Assembly: GCA_030390025.1 (NCBI GenBank)
Contig: CM059432.1
Span: forward strand, 17,982,001-18,046,000
Direction of reading: 5' to 3'
Length of the DNA stretch: 64,000 nt
From: Squalus acanthias
Taxonomy: Eukaryota
Positions 12,274 through 25,800 of the stretch are shown piece after piece (positions within the stretch are counted from its first letter, which is position 1; each line of letters starts with the position of its first letter). The notes under the pieces were generated by a model. The model did no database searches. It worked only from the letters and a program-made list of their open reading frames with translations, and was not told the origin of the DNA. Both the position numbers and the translations under genes were made by a program.

Positions 12274-13321
12274 CTAGAAAGAGAAAGAAATAATAGTTTT
12301 AAAGCTGCACAGCTGGAAACTTACACATCTGAAGTAACTGCCAGTACCAGGATGATATTATGGTAGAAGAGCAAAATGGATGACTTGTCTCATTTTCTTG
12401 TTGGATTACTGACTAGTGAATGCATCTAATACAAAGAGTTTGCATCATACCTCACCTAAAATGTCAATCTTCAAACGATTTTGTAAAAGCCATATGACAA
12501 GTGTTTCTTGCTTTCAAAAGAAAATGCCAACACTGTACTGTATTTAGTACAAACAAACTAGGCACAGTGGGATATGCAAAAACAACTTATAAGACAAGAC
12601 TCACCCTTCAAGTATGTTCCCAACATCCCTGAGCAATGTTTTGCATTTTCTATTGTTCTCGAGTTATTCTACTCATCATACCAGCTATCCAACCATCTAG
12701 CACTTCTTACACCTTTTCCTTGGCAATGTGGATGCAATTAAGTGTTTTGGCAGTACCTGCCTTAACCTGTCTTGTGGGTTTGCTAGTTGGACTGCACAAG
12801 GTGGTTAAAATACAAATATGCTTTAAAATTAAAAACTCGTTAGGCTTGTATTACGATTCGGACTCAGAAGACTGGTAATTATGGGATAAAACAGGAGAAT
12901 ACAAAACTTCTTTAGATGCAGATCATAAACTGGAATTAAAATCTTGACTGCTGCCAACTGAACATATCAAAATAATAATTTATTACAGTAATTACTATTC
13001 ATTAATGGGAGACCATACCAATGCTTTGACTTTTAGATAAGTATTTACATGTGTACTTTTCATACATTACACATTCAGCATGAATTAAAACAGATTAACA
13101 GCTCATGTACATACAGAGACACATATACAGTAAATACTGCCATCCGTCCTGCGTTTAGCTGTACAAAAATGAGTGAGAAAGTGGTCAAAAAGATCATTGT
13201 CTGATTCAGTACGAAGGAGGTGATCAACTGGGATGGCCATAAAGAACTTGGGGTGCTTAAGCAGCAACAGTTTTCATTCAGCTTCCTTACAACAATTGGT
13301 TTTAAATACTCTATCGTCAAA

Positions 13322-13950
13322 ATAGAACCATAGAATAGCACAGCACAGAAGGAGGCCATTCGGCCATCAAGCTTGCACCGGCTCTTGCGAAGAGCAATCT
13401 AGTTAGTACCACACCGCCACTCTTGCCCCATATCCCTGCAAATTTTTCTCCAAGTATCAACTGCACTGCCCTCATCCACCCTCTCTGTTACCTCATCAAA
13501 AAACTCAATCAAGTTAGTCAAACACGATTTGCCCTTAATAAATCTGTGCTGGCTCTCCTTTATTAGTCCTGCTTGTCAAGTGGCTGTTAATTTTCTCCTG
13601 GATTATTGTTTCTAAAACCTTCCCCACCACCGACATTAAACTGACTGGCCTGTAATTGCCAGGTTTATCCCTCTCCCCTTTTTTGAACAAGGGTGTAACA
13701 TTTGCAATCCTCCAGTCCTTTGGCACCACCCCTGTATCTAAGGAGGATTTGAAGATTGAGGCCAGCACCTTTGCCATTTCTTCCCTTACTTCCCTCAGCA
13801 ACCTAGATGCATCCCATTCAGGCCGGGTGACTTATCCACTTTAAGTACTGCCAGCCTTTCTCTATTTTTATCTCATCCAGTATCCCAGCAACCTTCTCGT
13901 TTACCGTAGCCTTGGTAAAGTCCTCTTCCTTGGTAAACACCAATGCAAAG
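13322..13950 (-). mobile_element. CR1 LINE, internally deleted (RT N-terminal part joined to the 3' UTR)
   Basis: VPKDWRIANVTPLFKKGERDKPGNYRPVSL in ORF 13535-13801; CR1 tail at 13322-13455. Confidence 0.85.
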
Positions 13951-14996
13951 TACATGGTTACTCAGTATTTAAATCAAAAATATTAGTCAATTCCACCCAA
14001 AATTACTCACAGCTATCCTCTGCCGAAAGGAAGCAAGGATGTTGGCATCAGTGATCCGGATGTTTAGCAATCATTGATACCTGATCCATAAAGAGAGAGC
14101 GGATTGGAGCCTCAATGTGCTGCACCACAGATTGGGATAGCACAAGAGCTGGCAATTGCCCATGCCCTCCCACGTAGCAAGTGCTAATATCATGTGGGTA
14201 CCAGGACTTTTCCCCACAGGGAGGAGACACTGGAGGGAGAGTCATCCATAACCATTCTCTCATACGCCTCCTTCGAACTAGTTTCAGAACAATGGAGGCT
14301 AGAAAATGGATATGTGCACTCCTATCAGGAATAGTATTTGGTCATCAAATGTTTAGGAAAACAAGTCTGCAACTGGTAGCAATTACAGTAACAATGATGA
14401 CAGAAAACAAAGAGACAAGGGGGGGGGGGGGGGGAGAAAAACTTCCAAATGTTTGATTCGAATTTACTCCTGAGGAACACATTACTAGATTATCTGAAAA
14501 AAAATGTGGGGTTGAGCTGTACAATAAAACAATGAATTAACATACAAAATTAAGCAGCTACAATGCTATCAAGAAAAGACAGTATATTTCTCTCTTTCTG
14601 GAAATATAAAGAGAGAACACCACTTTGGGACTTATTGTATACTTGGGGAGTGATAAACAAAATGCGTCTATGTCAAGGTTTAGAACTGTTTGACGGGACG
14701 TTAAGTCACTGCTCTGTTCATTCTACGTCATTTGACCCCCACTCATTTACAATACAACAATTTTGGATAGCCAAAGCAATCTTCCCTTCTTGCCAGGTAC
14801 TTGCTGTAAAGCAATCATAACTACTTTTTAAAATGAACAAGCTGGCTGATATATATTTTACCAACTTCCTATCATATTAATGCTCAAAGGAAATTGCCGC
14901 ACGGACTATTTAGAAACATTGATGCACAAAGACAGAACCCACAAACCATAAAATCCTTTTAAGTGTCATTAGAACTGGGTTTTCACAAGCCTTTTA

Positions 14997-15092
14997 AAGA
15001 TGAAAGGTCATCGATCTAAAATGGTAACTGTTTCTCTCTCTCTCCACAGATGCTGCCTGACCTGCTGAGTATTTCCAGCATTTTCTGTTTGT
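14997..15092 (+). mobile_element. Single decayed arm of Penelope-like repeat family A
   Basis: gatgaaaggtcatcgatctaaaa...cacagatgctgcctgacctgctgagtatttccagcattttctg matches the arms at 24931/50543/52167. Confidence 0.75.
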
Positions 15093-15642
15093 GTTCTTTT
15101 TAAATCTGGGTGTACCTGGTTTCTTAAATTCAGGAGGTTTAACCAGGTTGCAGTCAGCTCTACAATGCACACGAGGAACTGGTGGTGCTAGCACAGGTGT
15201 GGCTGAATATAAAAGCAGCTTAATAAGAAGCGAGTTATCACAGGTGTAGGCCTTTTGTCAGCACTCATCTCCTTCGATGTAAGGGAAATGCATGCTGCAT
15301 TTTCTGCAAAAGTTGACATGCAGTATAGCATCAAGCCGCCATTTGAACTCTTTACAATGTTGGGTCACTAAGGTCTCGATAACACGCAATAGCATGGGAA
15401 ATTGTCACATAGCTGCACGCATTTTTAGTCAGTATTTCAGCAAGGCATAATGATGGACATATAAAGTTTTCATACTACGTACACAAAGTGAAAAATATTT
15501 TATCCTGCTAACTTGGGTTTGTCTGGAGAAATAATTTTCAGCTGTACAGCACTAGGGTGGAGTAATGGTGGTTATATTAGAACACCAAATGATCCCAGTA
15601 ACCACATTGTACTTGAATGAAAAGCAGTTAAATCCAGTACAG

Positions 15643-16361
15643 TTATCTAACCACCGCCACTTGACATTCAACTGCATTACCATCACCAAATCCCCCACCA
15701 TCAATATCCTGGGGTCACCATTGACCAGAAACTTAACTGGACCAGCCACATAAATACTGTGGCTGCAAGAGCAGGTCAGAGGCTGGGTATTCTGCGGCGA
15801 GTGTCTCACCGCCTGACTCCCCAAAGCCTTTCCACCATCTGCAAGGCACAAGCCAGGAGTGTGAGGGAATACTCTCCACTTACCTGGATGAGTGCAGCTC
15901 CAACACTACTCAAGAAGCTCGACACCATCCAGGACAAAGTAGCCCGCTTGATTGGCACCCCATCCACCACCTTAAACATTCACTCCAGTGGCTGCAGTGT
16001 GTACCATCTACAAGATGCATTGCAGCAACTCGCCAAGGCTTCTTCGACAGCACCTCCCAAACCAGTGACCTCTACCACCTAGAAGGACAAGAGCAGCAGG
16101 CACATGGGAACACCATCACCTGCAAGCTCCCCTCCAAGTTGCACACCATCCTGACTTGGAAATATATCGCCATTCCTTCATTGTCACTGGGTCAAAATCC
16201 TGGAACTCCCTCCCTAGCAGCACTGTGGGAGTACCTTCACCACAAGGACTGCAGCGGTTCATGGTGGCAGCTCACCAGCAGCTTCTCAATGGCAATTAGG
16301 GCTGGGCAATAAATGCTGGCCTTGCCAGCGATGCCCACATCCCAGGAACGAATAAAAAAAA
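15643..16361 (+). mobile_element. Second LINE family (CR1/L2-group), 3' fragment
   Basis: RAGQRLGILRRVSHRLTPQSLSTICKAQ...; tail gggcaataaatgctggccttgccagcgatgcccacatccc-poly(A). Confidence 0.85.
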
Positions 16362-17126
16362 GTTTATCTACTTTTTGCTAAAGTCTACTAAAATTAGGTG
16401 TAAAGCCCATAGGTCTCACTGGATGGGCTAATATGCTACTGTAATGGTTTACCTATTACAGCAAGTATTGTAAACCTTCTGCTTCAATTTATTTCTCACA
16501 TGAAAATGTCAGTATCCAAATCAATATGCTAATTCTTTGTGAAGTTGTGGTTTAACATTTGTGCCAGGTTTCTGTACAAAAAGGTGTACACATTACATGG
16601 CAATTTCCCACTGACAGAATAATCCATCTTTACTTAAACCCCCCAATAATCAAATAGTAATTTGATTCTGAGTATTTGTGAACATTGTTCTGTAGACAGA
16701 GGAAATACACCCGAACTTTAAAGATGCTATATAAAGATGCAGGTTGGTCATTTTCAAAGTAGAAAACCTCCTAAGGCGCCAAGAGATAAAAATAAACAGA
16801 CGTCAAACATTAGTGGCAAGAGAGTTAGGGAGGTCACTGAAAACATGGTTGAAGAGAGGGGGATTGAAGAGGCTTCTGAGGGAGGGGAAAGAGATAGCAG
16901 CAAGGTGGAGGGATTGGAGGAGACCATTCAAATGTAGGACCAAAATGGCTGAAAGCTGCCAATGAAGACAGAGCAGGGGTTGACAGAAGTGAGAGTGGAA
17001 GTCAGACACTGGGAAGTAGGGTTAAAAGGAGGTTGTAAAGGTTGCTTTGCAGAAATTTGTAACTATGGTGGAGGCAGACAATGTTGTTCAGGTAGAAGTA
17101 GGTGGTCTTGGTGATAAACTAGATAA

Positions 17127-17400
17127 GTGCCAGCTTAGCTCAGTGGCAGCACTCTTGTCTGAATCAGAAGATTGTGGGTTCAAGTCCCACTCCAGGAATT
17201 GAGCAAATAATCTAAATTGACACTTCAGTGCACTACTGAGGGAGTGCTGGATTGTAAGAGGTGCCAAATTCGGATGAGGTGTTACACCAAAGCTCTGTGG
17301 ATGTAAAAGGTTCCATGGCACTATTCAAAGAGGAGCAGGGGAGTTCTTCTCATGTCCTGTCCAACATTTATCCTTAAAGTGATCATTTATTTATTGCGGT
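17127..17400 (+). mobile_element. Deu-domain SINE, partial
   Basis: A box agctcagtgg, B box gggttcaagtcc, core cagtgcactactgagggagtgctg. Confidence 0.8.
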
Positions 17401-20400
17401 TAGTAAATCTCTCATATCCTGCGAGTCCACCCGATCTTCCCCGAGCTGCCTGACTCCGAAAGGAGAAAGAAAGAAGGAAAGAGAAAGAAAGAGAACTTGC
17501 ATTTAAATAGTACCTTTCACGATCTCAGGGCATCCCCAAACCGCTTTACAGCCAGCCAATGAAGTACTTTTGAAGTGTGGTCATTTGACTTTTGCTACCA
17601 CAGTTATCCACAACCTTCTTTTCTACTGATCTGTGATTTTGGCTGGGATGACTACTACTCCAGGGCTGAACTACATGCTTGCTTGGGTCTCAGTGGAGGC
17701 TGAGTTGCTGAATAAGTGTAACTGCTTATTGCTTGGATTTCTGAGCTCAGACTTGAAAGGATATGAACAGAAGTCCTGGGAGGGGAGGGGAGTGGAGTGT
17801 GGAGCTGGGTGGCAATGAGACATCTGAAGATTTGGGAGAGGAAGGCGAGCTTAGATGGAGATGGTTGTGAGGGTTCAGGCCAGGGTGGACTTTGAGGGGG
17901 GGGTGGGGGGGCACGTGCGGGGAGATGAAGTGCAGGCAAACAATATCAGAGGAAAGTACTCTGTTGACAATGTCAGCATCCATAGGGCTAAGGTAAAAGT
18001 AATTGTGATTTTAGAAGACTTAAAATTTCTTCATAGACATTTTCAGAATATCACTTACTGTCCATGTTACACTTGAGCGGTCAGTGTAATGGAGGCACAT
18101 TAAAATGCCAGCTACACTTGCAGCACCTAGTGTGCAGGCCTATTTCACTTATCTACACAAACATGTTAAATTTACAGAGTTGTAAGCAGATAGGGGAATT
18201 CTAACATAATAAAAATGGCTACCTGGGGTGTTGTGTTGGCTCCAGCTTTTATTCTGAAAGTGGCACAGCACCACTGTATTTGTGCTTGGGTCTCAGTGGA
18301 GGCTGAGTAGCTGAATCATTGTTCTATGCTAGGATTTCTGCTTTGAGCTTACACTGTTAAAAGTGTCAAGCTTGGAATTAAACTCCTAATATAAAATGAG
18401 CATACGGTGCCTTAAGTATCCAACTTATGTAACTATTAGAGCTATCGAGTTGTTAAATTAGAACATAGCATTGTTCCTGCAAAAACATTTTTTATTCTTT
18501 TATTACAAAGAATATGCTCTGAAGAGTGTCTTTTCATTTTAAAAAAAAAATAGCTAAAAAGCCCATCTGGCAGCAAACAGTTCACACACCAGCACAACCC
18601 AGCTACAAAGCTTCAACTGGAGCTTAGAGTAGGCTGTTCCCATTTTAACAAGAATATTTTGTACGGATTCTGACTAGATACTAGTTTTGAAAAAACACAC
18701 GTGAAGCAAGCCAAAGTCAGATTTTCCACATAGTACCATTGTTGCACAGAATCAATACAGCAACAAGCTAAAACAGCTTCTCTAGTCTCTGACCACCCCC
18801 TCCCCCCACCTATTTGAAATACAGTAGTAGCTGCTGAATTTAAGCAAAGCTATATTATTGTATTATGATAACCAATTCCGTCCTCCTGAGATTTGTGACA
18901 CTTCATTACACATCTTCCAGTTACAAACATGCCAGCTCCGGCTCTGAATCTCATTAGAAAGCAGAGGCAGCAGGTGCTGGTCAAACATTAGTGGCAAATC
19001 TCATTCATTTTCACCTGTGCAACCCGAACTAGTTTATTGTGTCGACACAAGTCTGAAAATATATGGCTGGAGAATTTCAGACTATTAAATAGTCAAATAT
19101 AAATATTTCCCTTCAGCTGAAAATCTCTTACCTTAGCACTGGAGCTCAGAATGAGATCTCTAGAGAATACTCTGTGTAAACTGCTTCTAATCCTGGCTTC
19201 TAATGACTATCTCTGCTCCAAACCAGTTGTGACTGCGTAAACCAGCCATATGACACTGACAGCAGTTATTGCTAATGTCAGAAACAAATGGCCCCTTAAT
19301 ACTATTAGGCCGGCCTGTTGAAAGCCAAGAACATTCTGGTCACACAACTTACAGTTCTCAAATGGGTGTTTTTATGTAAAATGATGAGAGGTTTATATTT
19401 GGAGCCGTGTCCACAATATTCACATGAACTTTGCAAGGAAATACGTTATTGTGGCTCCAAATTTAATTCCTATGTTCACTTTCAGTTGCCATTTTAAGTA
19501 GGTACTACATATATTGTACAGACCTTAGCTTACTTTGGAGTAGTTAAAAGGTAATCATAAAAGGACTTCAATAGGATTATACAATTTGGCCAATTCAACT
19601 TGAAAAACATTAGCTAATCATTAAATGGTAGTAATATAGTAACAGTACCAGTTCAGGCAGAAGACTCCATCCAGCCCACCTATCCACAGCATTCCTTTGG
19701 TGCATTTCTCATAACCTGGAATCCCATTTCTTGTCTAGTTCTTTCTTGAAACCCATTAAAGTTTCTTGTTCCACCACTCGTGCTAGTAATCTGTTCCACA
19801 TACTTACCACCCTTTGAAATAGAAAAAAGTTCCTCCTGCATTTCCTAGTTTCTTTTGTTGCATTTAATTTGTAAATATGACCCCTTGTGCTTAAATTTTG
19901 TACATAGCAGAAAAGTTTAATAAATTGTTAGATTATACATGAGGATACAGGGCTATTAGTCCCAGAACCACAGTAAAAAACTGGTGGGTGCTTTGAAAGG
20001 GCAAGCTAGATGGATCAAATATCTTTCCCTATCTAAAACATTACTGTTGCCATGCTTTTTAACCTGCATCAAACAAGTTCTGTCAAGAATAAGGCACAAT
20101 GCAAGTAGTCTCCACAAGACAGCAAACAGACTTCCATTTGAATTGATCCTCCCTGGTGAAGATGAAGTGCCAAGTCTCAGTTTCGCACCTCTCCAATAAG
20201 GGAGCAGACATTTGGGTCTGGAAGTTAGACCCGAAAATACACCCAATCCCGCGCCCATTCTGCCGATGTCAAGTTATGCCGAATCTCATTAGAATACGCC
20301 CAAACGCAAAATGGGCAGAAATCAACATAAGCAATACATTTCTTCCAAGTATGAAATTAAAAGTTTCAACTCATTTAATCATTATTCAGGTACAGCACAT

Positions 20401-21817
20401 TTAAAAACCTGGAATCAGGGAAGCTTTTCAATAGTTAGTGACTTATACTTATGCCATAAAAATGCATTGAAAAACAAAGTACTGTGCAGGTCTCACTGAC
20501 AATAAATTAGACAAAAACACAAAAGAATAAAAACACCAGAAAAATTACCGTTTCCTGCTGCAATTAAAAATCTGGTCACTATTTGAGGAGGGCCTGCGAA
20601 CCAGTGAAATTGCAGGATACTCGAATTGTATCCTGGGGCGGGGCCAGTTGTGTGAGTGGAGATATGTTCAGGCGAAGGGCTCTGTAGACGAACGTAAACG
20701 ATCGAGGACATTTGGCTGTACGCGAGTTAGGCGCATACCTCACTAATGCACAAAATTCTGTAATCTTTTAGGCCGTGTATTTCATTCATGCCCCAATTAC
20801 ACATGTTTCTGGGTGAAAATATGGAGGTGATTCACGCACCTGGAACTTGTCATGTTGGGACCAACAGAAATTGCACCGATCACTCAGACAGGGCACATTA
20901 GTGCACCAAGGTACATACACGTGCACAACAACTTTTGATTATAGCACAGTCCAAAATGAAACCACTTTGATACTGAACACAAAGTTTGGATTCTGTAAAT
21001 TCAGCAAGCCACAAAATAAATTCAGCTTGGGCCACTGGCTACAACTTTAGAGGACCAAACACCCACACTGTGGCCAAGGCAGTTTCTGTGACTGATATGA
21101 TTTCAATAACCATGGGTCTTCAAACTGTAGATTCACAAGGAAATAAAGAACTCTTTCTATGCTTCACTATATCTTCAATACCTTACGGGCACACAATCTG
21201 AGATTCAATGGGAATCAAATTGAACACAGGACTGGTTCAACAAGTAGCCATTACTGATTAGCGAAACTTAAAAAAAAGGTATTTGGGCTGCACCTTTCTT
21301 TGCAAAAGGGAGAATTACCAGACGCTCTGTGCCTCATTCTTACAATGCCCTTACATGCAGGCAATGTAACATTTCTATGACACAATAATGAACTTTGACT
21401 GGAATAGAGTCATCATGTGAAATACCAGATAACAAGAAAAAAAAGCCAAGAAGTTTTGAATAATTGTGATCAGTTAGTCTAAATATGAAAGCAGTCAGAA
21501 TTTAAGAAAACTTTAGCCCTTACTTTTTATTAAATATAAATTCAGCAGTAAACACATTTTTTCCCCTTATTCAACTGAAAAAAGTACCACTTAACTTAAC
21601 TGGTGACTTGAATAGCAGCTTTTTGAAATACTGTTCGCTCCCATTCCATTTCCCTTCGTCCACATTCATCCAAACAATTAAAAATATTGTAGATTCCAGT
21701 AATTCTTTTATATGAACTGATTAACAAGGCCCAAGCTGCATACTGTTCATGTGCTCAAACTACCATTACCTAGGGACAGAGAGGAAGCACTTTATTTATA
21801 ATGTGCAAACGAATAAA

Positions 21818-23246
21818 GGGGTGGAAATTCCTGAAATGGCATAACTGACAATTGGCACCAATATTTATGCCCGTTTTGACGCTGATCTTGCCAACGGGAA
21901 GTTACGTCAAAGTTTCCGGTGGACCTCATCTGACTGCCAGAACGCAATAGTCAGTGTAAAAACAATCAGCAGGATTCAGGTGTAACCAATGGGGGGCACC
22001 AAGGAACTCAGGCAGGGCCCTACAAACGGGGAAAACAGCTTTCTTCAGTCCGAAGCTTGGCAGTTCAAGGTAAGTGGCAGACAGCTCGCTCTCCTTTGTT
22101 TTTCTTTTAGAAATTCCTCTATCCAGAGATTTTAGTGTCTCAACAGCCTTTCCCTTCTCTCAGATGATCTCACAAATCGGGACTAAAGCTGGCAAATTTT
22201 GCTGAGGACTACCTGCTGGCCCTCCTAGTAGAAATAGAGGAAAGGAGGGACCGGTCCCATGGCTCTGAAAGTGAAAGCAGCATATACGGTTAGCAGACGG
22301 GCATGGAGAGAGGTTTTAGAGGCAATGAGTGCAACCTTCACCACCCCAGGTTCAGCGCAGCAGTGCTGCAAAAATTTCAACAGCCTTACCAAAGCTGGAA
22401 ATGCAAGACATTCACCATGCTCTCCCTTCCTTCCTCGCCCACCATGGGCACCACCACACTGCAGACTGTCAGAGCGAATGTTACTTCAGACCCAAGTTAT
22501 TTTAGGTAACTCCCATCTCCCACTACTATAAGATCTGAACCTACACAGCTCCCTGATAAGTAACCTACTAGCAGAACCCCTGAAATGCCACACAAGTCTG
22601 CTCCCTCGCACACAACCCCTGCAATGACTCTGTACACACTGTGATGGACTGCAGGTCTAATGTTTCTTCCCTTGTGTCTTTTCAAGGCAAAATGGCACAC
22701 AATGCCAGAGAGCAGTGGAGGACGGGCGGTGGGATCACAATGCTAAGAGCTCTCACCTCCCTCCCCAGTGAGCAGAAGGTAGTCCAGCTCTTGGGCTACC
22801 GCATCACTGTGGCCATGACAGAGGTGGAGGTGAGCAGTGACAGTTCACGAGGGGAGTACCCGAGTCAGTTATCGCTCCACGCTCCCCCCCCCCACATGGA
22901 GGCTACATCACTAGAAGGATATGCGCAACCATTCTAACCCTCTGCATTTTCCTCCCACAGGTCCAGTGGCGGCCCAGGAAAGCCACTGCGGTGAAGGAGG
23001 AGGTAGAAGAGGAGCAGGAAGTGGTGGAGCATCTTCCAGAAAAGCAGGAGGAAGTGGATCCAGGCCTCATCATCCACCTTGTCCCTACTGAGCTGGCAGA
23101 TGAAGAGCAAGTGGAAAGAAGCGCACTTTCCATACCATTTTCAGGTCCCTCTGAATCAACAGCAGAGTCACCCGGCTCACCTATATCAGGTACCAACAAG
23201 GAGACAGGCCCCCGGTGGTCAGTCAAAGTCAGGAGTCCAGGTAAGC
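21818..23246 (+). mobile_element. PIF/Harbinger transposon remnant with pseudogenised Myb/SANT-like gene
   Basis: Fragments KF(fs)AEDYLLALLVEIEERRD, RRAWREVLEAMSA...QQCCKNFNSL and KMAHNAREQWRTGGG, then an acidic stretch; splice signals retained; frameshifts present. Confidence 0.72.
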
Positions 23247-23299
23247 TCACCGTAGACAGGCACTGTATCTCCTCTTCTGTTTTTCAACGAGCTCGATTA

Positions 23300-24075
23300 A
23301 TATTTCCCTATCCAAAGGCTTATTGATGAGGGAATTTATGCAGTGCTTCTCCAATGATTTATTAGATTTAGAGGATTAAAGATTTAGAAATAATGAGTGT
23401 GCATGGAATTGGAGGTAACTTGTGACATGGGTAACTGGCCAGGAGGTAGGAGACAGATAGTAGAGATAAAGGGTTTGTTCTCGGATTGGTGGAATGGAGT
23501 TCCATGATAGGTGGTGTTCCCCAGGGATCTGTACTGGGACCTCAGCGTTTCACCATATATATTATGGACTTGGATGAAGGAAGAGAGTGTTATATAACTA
23601 AGTTTGCACAATTTCTCCCATACAAAAGCTGGCACGTTGCCTGCACGGGACCTCCAGGCCGCTGTGCAGCCACGCAGCTTAACGGGCACGTTGTTTGTAT
23701 TCCCTCGAGTTTAGACGGTTGAGGAGTGATCCAATCGAGGCATTTAAAATGATTAATGGATTTGATAGCGCAGATACAGAGAAACTATTTCCTCTAGTGG
23801 CATCTAGAGCAAAAGGGCATAATAAAATTAGAGCTAGGCCATTTAAGTGAGAAATCAGGAAGCAATTTTTCCACACAGAGGGTAATGAAAATCCGGAACT
23901 CATGCCCTCAAACGGCTGTGGCTGCTGGGTCAAATTGAATTTCAAGACTGAGACCAGTAAGATTTTGTGTTAGGCAAGGCTGTCAAGGGATATGGAACAA
24001 ATGCGGGTAAATGGAGTTGAAGTACAGATCAGCCATGATCAAATTGAATGGCGGGACAGGCTCGAGGGGCTGAAT
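23300..24075 (+). mobile_element. CR1 LINE fragments interrupted by an unrelated ~85-bp insert (23610-23693)
   Basis: GVPQGSVLGP...YITKFA, then insert, then ORF2 C-terminus and 3' UTR. Confidence 0.8.
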
Positions 24076-24930
24076 TCAGAAACTTATAATTCAGTTTCAG
24101 TTGAGTCTAATGTGATGGGTGGACTCCCTATAATGCGCAGGAATACTGCCTCACCCACATACAAGTAAAACGTTGGCAAGCCCATGAAATCATGATTATT
24201 GGAATGTGCAAAAAATTTATTTTGAAAAAGATATTTAAACTCATGGATGGGTTTAGAATTTAAGAGTTTTCTAAGTATTTATACTGCTAGTCGCTTTTTG
24301 TATTCTTTTGCTTCTGTATAATTATGAATTCTTGTAAATAAATTCAATATTCGTTTTAGCCTGAATAATATAGTCCAACAATGTGCCGCTTTCCACATTT
24401 TAGAGGGTACAGAGCAAACCATGCATTTTCCAGTGGGAAATAGAGGTAAAAGATCCTGGTTAACCCTGGAACACTTTATACCCATTCAGGTCATGCATAC
24501 TAGGGCATTTTCAATTCATACAAGATACAGGCCTGCTTCTGGATACTGCGTTTTGCTGTTGAGGCAGAGTTTAAAGTGCTTGCAGACAATCTGAATTATA
24601 ACAACCACCATCTGTGTCAATGGAGTGTGATAGTCAATTCTGAGACCCCAACCCCTTCTTCAACCTGTAATTTTTTAAATAAAGAGACTCCCAATTCAGA
24701 TATGACATTTTACCAAAAACATTTCTATTCTATTCTGGGGCTTTGTTGTACCCCCGATAATCTCTATAAAGTGCAACCTGCAAAGACCCAGATGCTCCAC
24801 TATAGCACAACCTCAAGCATTTGCTTTCCTTTTGCTGGGCTGAAAGTTAAGCTTTTAAAAAGCGTGTGCCAAGCCATGTCTTTTTTTATGCAGAAGTATT
24901 TCAGGTAGATGACTATATTCTGTAACTGTA

Positions 24931-25162
24931 ATACAAAAAGAAAATACTGCAGATGCTGGAAATCTGAAATAAAAACAAAAAATGCTGGAGATACTCAGCA
25001 GGTCAGGCAGCATCTGTGAAGAGAGAAACAGAGTTAACATTTCAGGTCGATGACCTTTCATCAGAACTTCTGACGAAAGGTCATCGACCTGAAACGTTAA
25101 CTCTGTTTCTCTCTTCACAGATGCTGCCTGACCTGCTGAGTATCTCCAGCATTTTCTGTTTT
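24931..25162. mobile_element. Palindromic Penelope-like insertion (family A) with hammerhead motifs
   Basis: Inverted arms of ~100 bp meeting at ~25067; direct repeat tatattctgtaactgta at 24914-24930 and 25163-25179. Confidence 0.8.
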
Positions 25163-25800
25163 TATATTCTGTAACTGTATTGTTTTCTCTGGATGCAAAT
25201 CATGAAAAGTTCACAAAATTGGATTTTGTAGCAAAAATTCACTTTTACATATATACCAGCATTACGGATGTTAATCATTTAAAAATTCACACATTGGATC
25301 AATATACACGTGTGTTTTTAAGACCGGAAAGAACAAGAATCTGAACTTTTTGTTGCCATGGATGAGTCTCTAAGGATTTTGGAAGCGAGGACTTAAAAAC
25401 AAAACACAGTACTAAGCCCCTGAAACAGATTAAACCCAAGCTCAAGGCCCGGTATTACAGCAGAAGAATTGCATCACTCACTAGTAAATCATTATCTTAG
25501 GAGTGAGCACTAGATCTCTGTAGGACTCTGAATGTCAACATATACTACGGTTTATTGCAAATTGTTACAGTAAGCTGACCTTACTCTTCTGGTGTTTTAT
25601 GATCACAAGACCTGAGGCACAGGGTAAAACCCTGGGAAGTGGTTTTATTATTCCAGCTGGGCTTTGTATTTTGCATTTCAGTTCATATTCATCACATTTA
25701 ATGAAGCACATGACTTGAGAAGCTCACAGTAAAGCCCTCGAGAAACTCATCAAGACCAGTAAAAAAACAAGTATGTCAAGTCCTCAGACAGAAGTACAGC

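Noticed and set aside
16802..18997. Exact 18-mer gtcaaacattagtggcaa at 16802-16819 and 18980-18997
   Set aside because: No extension of similarity on either side; cannot be told from chance.
20180..20820. CpG-containing segments (also ~35640-36053, ~41330-41600, ~43670-43910) as promoters or DNA transposons
   Set aside because: Probably decayed non-autonomous DNA elements, but I could not pair termini or find TSDs.
24931..25162. Palindromes as miRNA precursors, terminators or CRISPR-like repeats
   Set aside because: Multi-copy, flanked by direct repeats of variable length, no spacer array; a retroelement origin explains them better.
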